Positions 1 to 10,007 are shown, counted from the first letter of the stretch. The stretch is DNA of 64,000 nucleotides from an uncultured Gemmatimonadales bacterium (GCA_963783305.1 CAWAMW010000017.1:448001-512000), one strand, 5' to 3'. The notes: generated by a model not told the origin, from the letters alone. Numbers and translations: made by a program.

Positions 1-971
1 CCGATCTGGAGGTAGTCGATGCGGTCCATGAAGCCGAGGTTGTAGTAGTCCATGCCGGAGTACCACCGGCCGAAGAGACCCCAGCCCTGGAGTCCATCCG
101 GCATCCAGTCCACGGTGGCGGTGTGTGCCCAGCTGGGGACATCGGGGGCGGGGGAATCGAGCCACCGCGCCTCTCCGCCGATCGTCAGCTGCCCGCGCAG
201 TGGCGCGCCCCATTCGGCGGCGACCGTGGCCTGGATCCGCGGGTAGAACTCGGCCTGCTCGTCCGATAGGGAGCCGGGGCCCCAGCTGCCCGGGTGGTAC
301 TCTACGGACGCCTGGTACGTGCAGCGCTCGCTGCCGACCATGCGGGTATCCCGGTCCTCCAGCCGGTACCAGGAGTAGCCGAGAGCGAGCCGCGCGAAGT
401 TGGTGGAGAAGCTGCCGTTCACACGGTTGGGCTCCGGCACGCCGGCCCGCTCCTCCGGGTCGCTGCACTCGCCGCTCACCGGGTCCTGGCTCTGGTCTGC
501 GAATAGACAGCCGTTCTGGCCATTGGAATGATGCGCCCATGGCGTGATCGTCATCCCCCACACCCGGAGTGGAGCGGCGAACTCCTCGCGGAGCGCCGTT
601 GCGGTGTCCGCCAGGCTCGTGCGCAGGAACTGGAAGTCGAGCGGTCGCGGCATGTACGACGGCGTCCGGACCGGGAACGACTCAGTGGAGAACATCCGCA
701 GCCGGATCAGCGGCGTCATGACCCAGGCGAAGCTGGTGATCGGCTTCGAAAAGACCTCCCCCGCGCCCCACGGGTCCTGGCGCACGATGAACAGGTGCGG
801 CGCGATCTGGCCCTCGAACGCGAGATCGTCCGTGGGAACACGGTTGAAGATGCGGGATCGCTCCATGAAGAAGGCGTCCGGCCGGCCGGTCCGTTCCTGT
901 GCGGCTGAGGGGTCGGCCGCCGCGAGGGTCAGCCCGACAGCGGAGAGAAGAGCCAGTCTCACGGGGCGCAT
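1..971 (-). CDS. Outer-membrane phospholipase A (OMPLA/PldA)-like protein; 3' end runs off the window
   Basis: Hand-translated from ATG at 971: signal peptide MRPVRLALLSAVGLTLAAADPSAAQ, SFPVRTPSYMP, AHHSNGQNG (HxSNG motif) and GMDYYNLGF near the window edge, in the same frame. Absent from the ORF track because it has no stop in the window. Confidence 0.65.
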   Translation of the reverse strand, partial: MRPVRLALLSAVGLTLAAADPSAAQERTGRPDAFFMERSRIFNRVPTDDLAFEGQIAPHLFIVRQDPWGAGEVFSKPITSFAWVMTPLIRLRMFSTESFPVRTPSYMPRPLDFQFLRTSLADTATALREEFAAPLRVWGMTITPWAHHSNGQNGCLFADQSQDPVSGECSDPEERAGVPEPNRVNGSFSTNFARLALGYSWYRLEDRDTRMVGSERCTYQASVEYHPGSWGPGSLSDEQAEFYPRIQATVAAEWGAPLRGQLTIGGEARWLDSPAPDVPSWAHTATVDWMPDGLQGWGLFGRWYSGMDYYNLGFMDRIDYLQI

Positions 972-973
972 GG

Positions 974-1315
974 TCAGTCCTCCTCCCCGTCGCCGAGCCC
1001 GATCCCGGGCCCGAATCCGAGGGTATCGTCGCCGGCGAGCAGGGCCGCGCCCCGGGGGTGCCACTTGCCCCACACGACGGCGCCCGCCGGCTGAAGGGAG
1101 AGGACGAAGAAGAGGCGGTCCGGGTAGTGACTGGCCAGCACCTGTAACTGGCGCGCCAGGCTCCTGAAGCTGGCCGTGGTCACGGGATCGATGATGGCCG
1201 TCCAGGTGGTGAGCCGCTGGGTTCGGTCCGGCGGCAGCAGCGCGGCCAGATCGAAGACGATCTGCTGGAACTCGGGGTCGTGGGCGTCCACGTCCCAGGA
1301 GAGGAGTGCGCGCAT
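974..1315 (-). CDS. Hypothetical protein (113 aa)
   Basis: Protein-like composition; AAGGAG RBS upstream; stop lies 2 nt before the next gene's start. Confidence 0.65.
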   Translation of the reverse strand: MRALLSWDVDAHDPEFQQIVFDLAALLPPDRTQRLTTWTAIIDPVTTASFRSLARQLQVLASHYPDRLFFVLSLQPAGAVVWGKWHPRGAALLAGDDTLGFGPGIGLGDGEED

Positions 1316-1457
1316 CGAGAGGCTCCTTGGATCTGAAGGGGACCAGGCTCATTGTCAGCTGAACCGCCATGAGACCGCCGCGGCGAAAGACCGGGAGGTC
1401 GAGGCGGAGAAGGCGCGGCACCGAGACCCGCAGCGGTACGCCGGTCCGCCGCCATTC

Positions 1458-2822
1458 CTACGCCGTCGGGAACCAGAAGACCTTGTTCTCCCCCACCATC
1501 GGCATCGGCTCGCGGTTCAGGCACACCTCCACGAACGTAGTGGTGAACGGATAGAACAGGCGGAACTCCTCGCCTTTCAGCCCGGCCGTAAGGTCCACCT
1601 CGGCGTCCCAGACGCCATCGCCGTTCATGGCGGTGCCATCGGGCGTGATGCGCTCGCTGCCGTGGCCGTGGTAGGCCACGAGCTGTGTGCCGGACGTGGC
1701 GATGATGCGGAGCTTGAGGCGGGTGAGGGTGTGGGGCTCGAGCTCGTTGAGGTTCACATGGAAGCAGCGGAGGCTCCCATCCCGCTTGTAGGGGTGGACG
1801 CTCATCCCGAACTCGCGGACGCGGGGGTCGTCGGCCTTCTGGCTGAAGAGCTGGGCGTTCCAGTCGGTAACGGGGTCGCCGCGCTCATCCACGACCCGGA
1901 TCACGAACTGCTGCCACTCGTCCACCTTCTTCCGAGCGGCCTCGGTCCGCGCGAGCGCGTCCTCGTTCCACGCGGTGAACTGCCGGGCCGTCTCCACCTC
2001 CAGCGCGCTCCGGACGAGCTCCTGGAGCAGCTTCGACGGCTTGGCCATGATGCTGCCGTGGTCGAGCCCGTTGATAAGGATCAGTGGGTGGTCCTGGTTG
2101 GCCCAGTCGGAGGGGGTGATCTTCGGCTTCCGCCGGGAGCCCGGCGGGACCCGCAGGTCCACGGTGATCTTGCGGCTGTTGAGAGGCGCACCAGCCCAGC
2201 GGACGGTGCCGTCGGAGCCCTTCTCGTCCGTCACGAGGTTCTTCCAGAAGCCGTAGTTCTTGTTGCCGCAGAACGTGAAGACGAACGGGGTCTCCGGGCC
2301 GGGCTTGAAGCGGGCGTTATGGTCGATGAGGTCGTCGTGGGCGAGGTCCCAGGTGAAGCGGCTGGCGAGCTCGAGGTTGAAGAGTATCTCGTCGCCCGCC
2401 TCTCCGAAGTCGGGGCCGCGCTCCCGGTTGCCCTTGAACACGGAGCCGATCCAGCTGCGGCCCTTGTGCGCCAGCGGCGAGCCGTTGGTGGCGGGGGCCA
2501 GCGCGATGAGCCGCTTGAGCCGCTTCCGCCGGCTCCGGCCCTCGGAATACGAGTTAAGCCACGCCCGCAACACCAGCATCCCCGTGGAATGGACGATGGC
2601 GTCGAACTCGTCGCGGGTGTCCAGCCCCGCCTGCCGACGGAGCGCCCGGTCGAAACCCTCCGCCACGTCCTTGAGCGAGACCTCGTTGGTCAGGCTGACG
2701 TACTGCCCGATATGGACGCTCTCCGTGGGCCGGTCCCAGCCGGCGATGATCTCGCTCCAGCGCTCGAACCCCACCGCGCTGTCGGAATAGCCATGGACCA
2801 GGACGAGAGGGCGCATTGTCAT
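1458..2822 (-). CDS. Alpha/beta-fold esterase/lipase-family protein
   Basis: LVLVHGYSD oxyanion motif, VHSTG nucleophile elbow, APATNGSPLA, SDGTV, LDHG. Start moved to ATG 2822. Confidence 0.8.
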   Translation of the reverse strand: MTMRPLVLVHGYSDSAVGFERWSEIIAGWDRPTESVHIGQYVSLTNEVSLKDVAEGFDRALRRQAGLDTRDEFDAIVHSTGMLVLRAWLNSYSEGRSRRKRLKRLIALAPATNGSPLAHKGRSWIGSVFKGNRERGPDFGEAGDEILFNLELASRFTWDLAHDDLIDHNARFKPGPETPFVFTFCGNKNYGFWKNLVTDEKGSDGTVRWAGAPLNSRKITVDLRVPPGSRRKPKITPSDWANQDHPLILINGLDHGSIMAKPSKLLQELVRSALEVETARQFTAWNEDALARTEAARKKVDEWQQFVIRVVDERGDPVTDWNAQLFSQKADDPRVREFGMSVHPYKRDGSLRCFHVNLNELEPHTLTRLKLRIIATSGTQLVAYHGHGSERITPDGTAMNGDGVWDAEVDLTAGLKGEEFRLFYPFTTTFVEVCLNREPMPMVGENKVFWFPTA

Positions 2823-2901
2823 GGGCTGCCGCCGGGGGGGAGGGGAGGGTGTTCCGCTGGGAACTAGATGTCCGGCCCCACGGGGAAGCGCAAGGCTTTT
2901 G

Positions 2902-3311
2902 CTACTCCGGCAGCGGCAACGTTGATCGCAGCGACGCGTCCACCGCACGCCCCAGCCGCACCACGATCTCCGGCACCGCGTCCACGTCCGCGGCGTCCGT
3001 GTGGAAGTTCACAATGCACGCGCGCAGCAGGTACACGTCGCGGACCACGGCGTTGGAGACGAGGTGATATACCCGAAGAAGCGGGGGTGGCCGTTGAACA
3101 GCGAGTGCTCGAACAGCAGCTCCGTCGCGTTCGACACCAGCGCTTCGGCATCCGATCCGGCGCCCGGCAGCGTGCGCTCCGCGTCCAGCCGGCTCCGCAC
3201 GGCACCCGGCCGCTCCCCCGGCGTCACCGGTCCATCCGGGATCCCGGCCAGACGCTTGGCGATGGCAGCCACCAGCGCGGTTCCGACCCGGCGGAACTCC
3301 TCGGCCTGCAT
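2902..3311 (-). pseudogene. PLP-dependent (aromatic amino acid/glutamate-type) decarboxylase with its middle deleted
   Basis: N-terminus EEFRRVG...FNGHPRFFGYITSSP joins out of frame to the family C-terminus VSNAVVRDVYLLRACIVNFHT...PLPE*. The PLP-Lys core is missing. Confidence 0.85.
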
Positions 3312-3421
3312 GGTCAGCCGTGCATCTCTCGTGGGGCTCTCGGCGGACTGGAGATCCCGGCTCGCGGCCTCTTCGTGCAGGGGGAATGGCGCTTCAACCC
3401 CGACGGTTAGACCTTCCGGTC

Positions 3422-4414
3422 ATGAACCTGTCCATACTCGACGTCCTGCCCGTCCGCTCCGGCTCCACGGCCGCCGACGCCCTCACCCGCGCCGCCGACC
3501 TCGCCCGCCTCGCCGACCGCCGCGGCTACACCCGCCTCTGGTTCGCCGAGCACCATGGCATGGGGGGCATCGCCTCCTCCTCACCCGACCTGATGATCGC
3601 CCACGTCGCGCCGCTCACTGAGCGCGTCCGCGTGGGCGCCGGCGGCGTCATGCTCCCCAACCACGTGCCGCTCCAGGTGGTGGAGCGCTACCGCACCCTC
3701 GAGGCGCTGCACCCCGGCCGCATCGACCTGGGGATCGGACGCGCCGCGGGCACCGACCCCCTCACCGCGCAGGCGCTCCGCTCCGTCTCCGGCGACCAGG
3801 TGGGTGGACTCATCGCCGAGCTCCTCGCCTTCGCGCGCAGCGAGTTCCCGCCCGACCATCCCTTCGGCCGCATCGGCATCACACCCGGCGGCGTGGAGCT
3901 GCCGCCGGTCTGGATGCTCGGCTCCAGCGGCGGCAGCGCCCGACTCGCCGGACAGATCGGTGCGGGGTACGCCTTCGCGGGTCACTTCAGCGAAACGCCC
4001 GCCGCCCCCGCCATCCAGGCGTACCGCGACGCGTTCGCGCCATCCCCCGCCTTCGCCGAGCCCCGCGCGATCCTCGCCCTGTCCGTCATCTGCGCCCCCA
4101 CCAACGCCGAGGCCCGTGAGCTTTCGTCCTCGGTCGAGGTGATGTTCCAGCGGATCCGCCGCGGAGAGACCGGCCCCCTGCCCAGCCCCGCCGAGGCCCG
4201 CGCCGACGGCTGGTCCGCCGATGCGCCGCCACGTGGCCCCATGGCCAACCTCCTCATCGCCGGCACCCCCGACCACGTTCGCGATCGGATCCGCGCCACC
4301 GCCGAGGCCGCTGGCGCCGACGAGGTCATGCTCATGACCATCGTGCATGACCCGGCGGCACGACTCCGGTCCTACGACCTCATCGCCGACGCCTTCGATC
4401 TCCCCACCGCCTGA
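3422..4414 (+). CDS. LLM-class flavin-dependent oxidoreductase (luciferase-like)
   Basis: MNLSILD, RLWFAEHH, GAGGVMLPNH, PGRIDLGIGRA, WMLGSS. Confidence 0.92.
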   Translation: MNLSILDVLPVRSGSTAADALTRAADLARLADRRGYTRLWFAEHHGMGGIASSSPDLMIAHVAPLTERVRVGAGGVMLPNHVPLQVVERYRTLEALHPGRIDLGIGRAAGTDPLTAQALRSVSGDQVGGLIAELLAFARSEFPPDHPFGRIGITPGGVELPPVWMLGSSGGSARLAGQIGAGYAFAGHFSETPAAPAIQAYRDAFAPSPAFAEPRAILALSVICAPTNAEARELSSSVEVMFQRIRRGETGPLPSPAEARADGWSADAPPRGPMANLLIAGTPDHVRDRIRATAEAAGADEVMLMTIVHDPAARLRSYDLIADAFDLPTA

Positions 4415-4506
4415 CTCACCCGCACGACCCTGCCCCCGCCCGCCGCGCCTTGACTCCGTCCCGTGACCGTGGCCATCCTCCCATGCTCACGGAACACCCA
4501 CGAGAC

Positions 4507-5811
4507 ATGAAGAACATGACGATGCTACGGCGCGCGATTCCCACGACACTCCTCGTGCTGCTCGCCGCGTGCGGCCCGCTCGCCACGACCGCCGTACCAC
4601 CGGCCTCCTCCGGCCCCGCGGCCCCCGCCGAGCGGCCGCTGCCCGCCTTCCTCGCCGACAGCATTGCCGCCATCCGCGCCGATTACGCGCCCGATCGAAG
4701 GGTCGCCCGCTTCGACATCGACGCCGCATGGGAAGACGGCCGGCTCGCGCTCACCGGGGCCACGGACCAGCCCGCGGCCCTGGACCGACTCCGCCGCGCC
4801 ATGGCCGCCCACGCCGTCGCCTGGGATGACCAGGTCAGGCGCCTCCCGGATGAGGCCGCCGGCTCCCCCGTCTGGGCCCTCGTCAACAACTCCGTCGCCA
4901 ACCTCCGCTCCGAGCCGCGGCACCCCGCGGAGCTCGCCACGCAGGCTCCCCTCGGCACCCCGCTCCGTATCCTCGACCGGGACGGCGGCTGGCTGCTCGT
5001 CCAGGTCCCCGATGGCTACATCGCCTGGGTGGACGGCGGCGCCATCACGCGGGTGACCGCCGATCGGCTCGAAGAACACCGTGCGGCCGACAAGGTGATC
5101 TACCTGCGATCGTCCGGCGTGGCGCTCTCCGCGCCGTCGGCGAGCGCCGACCCGGTAGCGGACCTGGTCGCCGGCGGGCTGCTCGAGCGACTCGGCGAGG
5201 CCGACGGCTTCCACCACGTACGCTTCCCCGACGGCCGCGAAGCGTGGGTGCCCACCGCGGAAGCCGAGCCATTCACCGAATGGCTGGCGGGGCTCCAGGC
5301 CACCGAAAGCTCCCTCGTCGCCGCCGCCCTGACGCTCCTCGGTCGACCGTACCTCTGGGGCGGCACCTCCCCCAAGGGCATGGACTGCAGCGGCTTCACC
5401 AAGACCGCCTTTCTCCTCAACGGCATGATCCTGCCCCGCGACGCCTCTCAGCAGGTGTTCGCCGGCGCCCCCGTCGGCGGGCCGGGCGAGTTCGACGGGC
5501 TGCGCCCAGGCGACCTCCTCTTCTTCGGGCGACCCGCCACCGACACCTCACCCCAGCGCGTCGTTCACGTGGGGATGTGGATCGGCGGCGACCGCTTCAT
5601 CCACTCCAGTGGCAGCGTCCAGATCAGCAGCATCGATCCCGACGACCCGCTCTACGACGAATACAACACCGGCCGACACCTCGGGACCCGCCGCATGCTC
5701 GGCTACGAGTCGGGCATCCACCAGCTCACGGACGAGGCCCTCTACCCACACCACGGCCGGTTCGCGCCCGCCGCCACCGCCGGGCCCGCCGCCCGCGGCG
5801 GGCCGCGCTGA
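4507..5811 (+). CDS. NlpC/P60 (C40) peptidase lipoprotein with SH3-like domains (YkfC-like)
   Basis: Lipobox LLAAC, ELATQAPLG, PYLWGG, MDCSGF, HVGMW, FIHSS. Start uncertain among nearby ATGs. Confidence 0.9.
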   Translation: MKNMTMLRRAIPTTLLVLLAACGPLATTAVPPASSGPAAPAERPLPAFLADSIAAIRADYAPDRRVARFDIDAAWEDGRLALTGATDQPAALDRLRRAMAAHAVAWDDQVRRLPDEAAGSPVWALVNNSVANLRSEPRHPAELATQAPLGTPLRILDRDGGWLLVQVPDGYIAWVDGGAITRVTADRLEEHRAADKVIYLRSSGVALSAPSASADPVADLVAGGLLERLGEADGFHHVRFPDGREAWVPTAEAEPFTEWLAGLQATESSLVAAALTLLGRPYLWGGTSPKGMDCSGFTKTAFLLNGMILPRDASQQVFAGAPVGGPGEFDGLRPGDLLFFGRPATDTSPQRVVHVGMWIGGDRFIHSSGSVQISSIDPDDPLYDEYNTGRHLGTRRMLGYESGIHQLTDEALYPHHGRFAPAATAGPAARGGPR

Positions 5812-5881
5812 CCGGACGACCTTCGCCCGAGTCTTGCACCAGCCCCACGGGCAGCGAAGCCCCCACAACCAGGGAGGACTC

Positions 5882-6817
5882 ATGAACGCTCGATTCTCGA
5901 CCGTCGCCCTCATTGCCGCCCTGCTCGCCGCGTGCGGCGGAACGGACACGACTCAGGACGATCCGCAGGTGGCCGCGGATCAAAGCCTGCAACCGACCCT
6001 CCAGGCCGAGGACGGCGCTTCCCCCGACCTCTTCGTGGACGAGATCCCTGCGGCCGCCCAACTCGTCTTCGTCGGGGACGACGAAGCCATACGGCCGGGC
6101 GATCGCCCCGACGCCGTCTTCGTGCCGATGTCCACCTTCAGCGTGGAACGGGACGGGATTCCAAACGAGTTCCCGCCCGTCGACAGCATGGCCGCGCTCC
6201 TGGAATCCGCTGGCGTCCGCGATGGTCGAATCGTCGTGATTGGAGAGCCGATCCCCGCCGGCCGCGCCTACGCGGGCCTCGACTACCTCGGCCTCGGGGA
6301 CAGCACCGCCCTGCTCGACGGTGGCCCCGGCGCGCTCCCGCCACTGAACAGCGGCGACGACGGCGCTCGCGCCGCGCCCGAGGGGGCGCCGAATGCTGAC
6401 GGAGCCGGCCTCTCGGTCGACCCACGCCACGACATGATCGTCGATGCCGAGTGGGTCCACGACCACCTCGACGATCCCGATGTCGCTATCCTGGACGCCC
6501 GGCCGCCGGAGCAGTTCACCGGACAGACACCCGGCGATGGCATCGACCGGCCAGGTCACATCCCCGGCGCCCACAACCTCTTCTGGCAGTCGCTCATACA
6601 GTCCCCGGACCAGCCGCGCCTCAAGGACGAGAGCGAGCTGCGCCGCCTGTTCCAGGAGGCGGGCGCCGAGCCGGGTGACCTCGTCGTCGCCTACTGCCGT
6701 ACCGGCGGGCAGGCCAGCTTCCTCTACACCGTAGCGCGCCACCTCGGCTACGAAGTCCGCCTCTACGACGGCTCGTTCATCGACTGGAGCCGGACGGATT
6801 ATCCCGTCGAGCGCTGA
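5882..6817 (+). CDS. Sulfurtransferase (tandem rhodanese) lipoprotein
   Basis: GGAGG RBS, lipobox LLAAC, ILDAR, GHIPGA, active-site AYCRTG, YDGSFIDW. Confidence 0.88.
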   Translation: MNARFSTVALIAALLAACGGTDTTQDDPQVAADQSLQPTLQAEDGASPDLFVDEIPAAAQLVFVGDDEAIRPGDRPDAVFVPMSTFSVERDGIPNEFPPVDSMAALLESAGVRDGRIVVIGEPIPAGRAYAGLDYLGLGDSTALLDGGPGALPPLNSGDDGARAAPEGAPNADGAGLSVDPRHDMIVDAEWVHDHLDDPDVAILDARPPEQFTGQTPGDGIDRPGHIPGAHNLFWQSLIQSPDQPRLKDESELRRLFQEAGAEPGDLVVAYCRTGGQASFLYTVARHLGYEVRLYDGSFIDWSRTDYPVER

Positions 6818-6861
6818 TCGCGCGCAGGGGCGGGGGTGAGGCCACTCCCCCGCCCCACCTC

Positions 6862-6907
6862 TTGACAGCTACAGGTACCGGCGCGAGGTTCCTGTCGACA
6901 GCTACAG
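6862..6907 (+). promoter_or_regulatory. Putative promoter/PadR operator
   Basis: TTGACA at 6862-6867; GACAGCTACAG repeated at 6864-6874 and 6897-6907 (33-bp spacing) just upstream of padR. Confidence 0.55.
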
Positions 6908-6935
6908 TCGACCCCGCCCCCCGCCGGAGCCTTCC

Positions 6936-7274
6936 ATGCCCGCTCGTTCCCCGTCCGATGCCCTCAGGGGCTCGCTCGACCTGCTCGTCCTGAAGACACT
7001 CTCGCTCACGCCCATGCACGGGTGGGGGATCAGCCAGCGGGTGCAGCAGATCTCCGATGGTGTGCTCGAGGTCAACCAGGGCTCGCTCTACCCGGCGCTC
7101 CAGCGGCTGGAGAAGGAGGGTCTGATCACGAGTGACTGGGGGACCACGGAGAACAACCGTCGCGCGCGCTATTACGAGCTGACCGGGGCGGGGCGTCGTG
7201 CGCTGGGCGAGGAGGTGGCGAGCTGGCGGCGGTTCGCCGCGGGGCTCGAGGCAGTGCTGGAGACCGGGGGGTGA
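6936..7274 (+). CDS. PadR-family transcriptional regulator
   Basis: GSLDLLVLKTL, MHGWGI, QGSLYPALQRLE, NNRRARYY. Confidence 0.95.
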   Translation: MPARSPSDALRGSLDLLVLKTLSLTPMHGWGISQRVQQISDGVLEVNQGSLYPALQRLEKEGLITSDWGTTENNRRARYYELTGAGRRALGEEVASWRRFAAGLEAVLETGG

Positions 7275-9925
7275 GGTGGGTCGAGGCGGTGCGGGCGCGG
7301 CTGCGGCTGCTCTTCGCGGGTCATGCCGCGGAGTCGAGGATGGAGGAGGAGATCGACTTCCATATCGAGATGGAGGCGGAGCGTCTCGTCCGGGAGGAGG
7401 GGCTGGAGCCGCGGGAGGCGCGACGGCGTGCGCTGGTCTCGTTCGGCGGTGTGGAGAAGACGAAGGAGGAGCTGCGGGACAGCCGCGGTCTGGCGTGGAT
7501 GTCGGGTTTCCGCCTGGACCTGAAGCTGGGCGCGCGCACGCTCGTGAAGCACCCCGTCCTCACCACGGCCAGTGTGCTCGCGCTGGCCATCGCGGTGGCC
7601 ATGGCCGCGTCGTGGTTCGAGTTCATGACGGACATCGTGCGGCCTAACCTGGGCCTCGAGGACTCCGGCCGCATCGTGCAGATCAGGACCCGGGACGCGG
7701 AGAAGGCCACGAACATCCCCTCGTCGCTCCAGGAGTTCGAGGCGTGGAGTGAAGGTGTGGAGTCGCTGCGGGTGATCGCCGCGGTGTCGCCCGCGGACTA
7801 CAGCATCACGACGGAGAGCGGCCGTTTCGCACCGGTCGAGGGCATGCGGGTGACCGGCGACTTCTTCGCGGTGCCCCGGGTCCCACCGCTGCACGGGCGC
7901 ACGCTCACGGCGGCGGACCTCGAAGCGGGCGCCACGCCCGCCGTCGTGCTGGGCTACTCCGTGTGGCGGCGGCTCTTCGACGGTGACCCCTCGGCGGTCG
8001 GCCAGACCGTGCGGCTCGGGCCGGACCACGCCACCGTGGTCGGGGTGATGCCGGAGGGGTTCGGATTCCCCGTGAACGAGGAAGCATGGACTCCGCTCCG
8101 CGAGAGCGCGCTGGACCACGGGGCGCTGGGGGGCCCGCCGGTGATGGTGGTCGGCCGCATCGCGAGCGGGGCGTCGCTCGACGAGCTGCGTACCGAGCTC
8201 GACGTCGTCGGAGAGCGCGCGGCCGCGCAGTTCCCCGAGTCGAAGCGGCACCTCCGACCGCGGGCGGACCGCTTCGGACGCGGCAGCAACATGAACGGCC
8301 CGGCCACGCTCCTGAACGTCCCCTTCCTCCTCTTCCTCATCGTGGTAAGCGCCAACGTGGCGACGCTCTTCTTCGCCCGCACCGTGACCCGGGAAGGCGA
8401 GATCGCCATGCGTAGCGCCCTGGGCGCCAGCCGCCGCCGGATCCTCCTCCAGCTCGTGGCCGAGGCGCTCGTCCTGACCGTCATCGCCACGGTGGTCGGC
8501 CTGGCCGCCGCGCACTGGGGGATGGGCTGGGGCATGGACCTGTTCTGGGAGGTCCAGCAATCACGGCCGCCCTTCTGGTTCGACCCCGGCCTGTCCGCCG
8601 GCTCGGCCCTTTACGCCGCGGGTCTGGCGCTCCTGGGCGCGCTGATCATCGGCGGGATCCCCGGGCTCCGCGCCACTCGGAAGCAGATCCGCAGCCGGCT
8701 CCCGCAGACGGGCGCGGGTGGCTCGGGCGCGCGCTTCGGCTTCGTGGCGACCGGCGTGATCGTGGTCCAGGTCGCGCTCTGCGTCGCCTTCATCCCCATC
8801 TCCATCACGAACGGCAAGGAGCTCCTGGAGGAGCAGCGATCCAGCGATTTCCCCGCCCACGCCTACCTCTCCGGCCAGGTCCAGCCCTCGATGGTGACGG
8901 CACGCCGGTCCACCGCCGAAGATGCCGGCTCCGAGGCCGAGCGCGGGGAGGACCTGCGGCGCGCCGAGCGACTCGACGAGCTGCAGCGGCGGCTCGCCGC
9001 CGAGCCCGGCATCGTGGCCGCGACCCGCGTCACCCGGCTGCCCGGCTTCAACCACCCCATGGAGCTCGTCCAGGTCGAGAACGACACGGCCTCGTCCGAA
9101 TGGGTCCGTCAGATCGGCGCGGACCCCAACTTCTTCGAGACCATGGAGGTCCGGGTCACCGACGGGCGCGGCCTCAGGGAGGTCGATGCCACCGCCGAGG
9201 CGCTTCCCGTCGCCGTGGTGGACGGCGACTGGGCGGCCGAGGCCTTCGGCGGCCGCAACCCCATCGGTCAGCGGTTCCGCTACCCCAACCGCCCGGACGA
9301 GGAGGGGCGCCGCTGGTACGAGGTGGTCGGCGTAATGGCCGGCATGCAGCGGGCGACGGGACCGGGCGAACCGGTCGCCATCGTGCATCCGCTCCTGCCG
9401 CGGCAGCGCGTGGGCGCACAGGTGTACCTGCGCACCGATGGCCCGCCGGAGGCCGTCGTGCCCAGGCTCATGGAGCTCGTCACCGCCGTCGACCCCGACC
9501 TCGCCATGACGGGGCTCGAGCCCCTCGATGAGATCTGGGACCCCGTCGAGCGCAGCCAGGTCTTCTTCGTCGCGGCCATGAACGTCGTGGCCGCCATCAT
9601 CGTCCTGTTCGCGCTCATCGGGATCTACGCCCTCATGTCCTTCACCGTGGCCCAGCGCGCCCGCGAGATCGGCATCCGCTCGGCCCTGGGCGCCGACCCG
9701 CGCCGCATCATCGCCGCCATCTTCTCCCGGGCCATGTTCCAGATCGGCCTCGGGATCGTGGTCGGGGGCGTCCTCGTCAGCGCCCTGGTCTTCAAGAACC
9801 CCGACGAGATGCGCCTGGTCGCCGGCGTGGCCCTCGCCATGGCCGTCGTGGGGCTCCTCGCCTGCGTCCTCCCCGCCATGCGCGCGCTCCGGATCCAGCC
9901 GACGGAGGCGCTCCGGGCGGAATAG
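7271..9925 (+). CDS. ABC transporter permease, ADOP/MacB-FtsX duplicated type
   Basis: EEEIDFH...SFGGVE leader, two EIA/EIG-xRxALGA FtsX repeats, C-terminal IQPTEALRAE; GTGA overlap with padR. Confidence 0.92.
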   Translation: MRWVEAVRARLRLLFAGHAAESRMEEEIDFHIEMEAERLVREEGLEPREARRRALVSFGGVEKTKEELRDSRGLAWMSGFRLDLKLGARTLVKHPVLTTASVLALAIAVAMAASWFEFMTDIVRPNLGLEDSGRIVQIRTRDAEKATNIPSSLQEFEAWSEGVESLRVIAAVSPADYSITTESGRFAPVEGMRVTGDFFAVPRVPPLHGRTLTAADLEAGATPAVVLGYSVWRRLFDGDPSAVGQTVRLGPDHATVVGVMPEGFGFPVNEEAWTPLRESALDHGALGGPPVMVVGRIASGASLDELRTELDVVGERAAAQFPESKRHLRPRADRFGRGSNMNGPATLLNVPFLLFLIVVSANVATLFFARTVTREGEIAMRSALGASRRRILLQLVAEALVLTVIATVVGLAAAHWGMGWGMDLFWEVQQSRPPFWFDPGLSAGSALYAAGLALLGALIIGGIPGLRATRKQIRSRLPQTGAGGSGARFGFVATGVIVVQVALCVAFIPISITNGKELLEEQRSSDFPAHAYLSGQVQPSMVTARRSTAEDAGSEAERGEDLRRAERLDELQRRLAAEPGIVAATRVTRLPGFNHPMELVQVENDTASSEWVRQIGADPNFFETMEVRVTDGRGLREVDATAEALPVAVVDGDWAAEAFGGRNPIGQRFRYPNRPDEEGRRWYEVVGVMAGMQRATGPGEPVAIVHPLLPRQRVGAQVYLRTDGPPEAVVPRLMELVTAVDPDLAMTGLEPLDEIWDPVERSQVFFVAAMNVVAAIIVLFALIGIYALMSFTVAQRAREIGIRSALGADPRRIIAAIFSRAMFQIGLGIVVGGVLVSALVFKNPDEMRLVAGVALAMAVVGLLACVLPAMRALRIQPTEALRAE

Positions 9926-9949
9926 GCACGGCAGGGGTGCTTTCGCGGC

Positions 9950-9961
9950 GGGGGGGGGGGG
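9950..9961. repeat. G12 homopolymer in the intergenic region upstream of the TonB-dependent receptor
   Basis: Twelve consecutive G, followed by cgTAAATT. Confidence 0.9.
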
Positions 9962-10007
9962 CGTAAATTTCCCGAGCCGACCTCGCTTCCCTGCCTCCCC
10001 GAGGATC

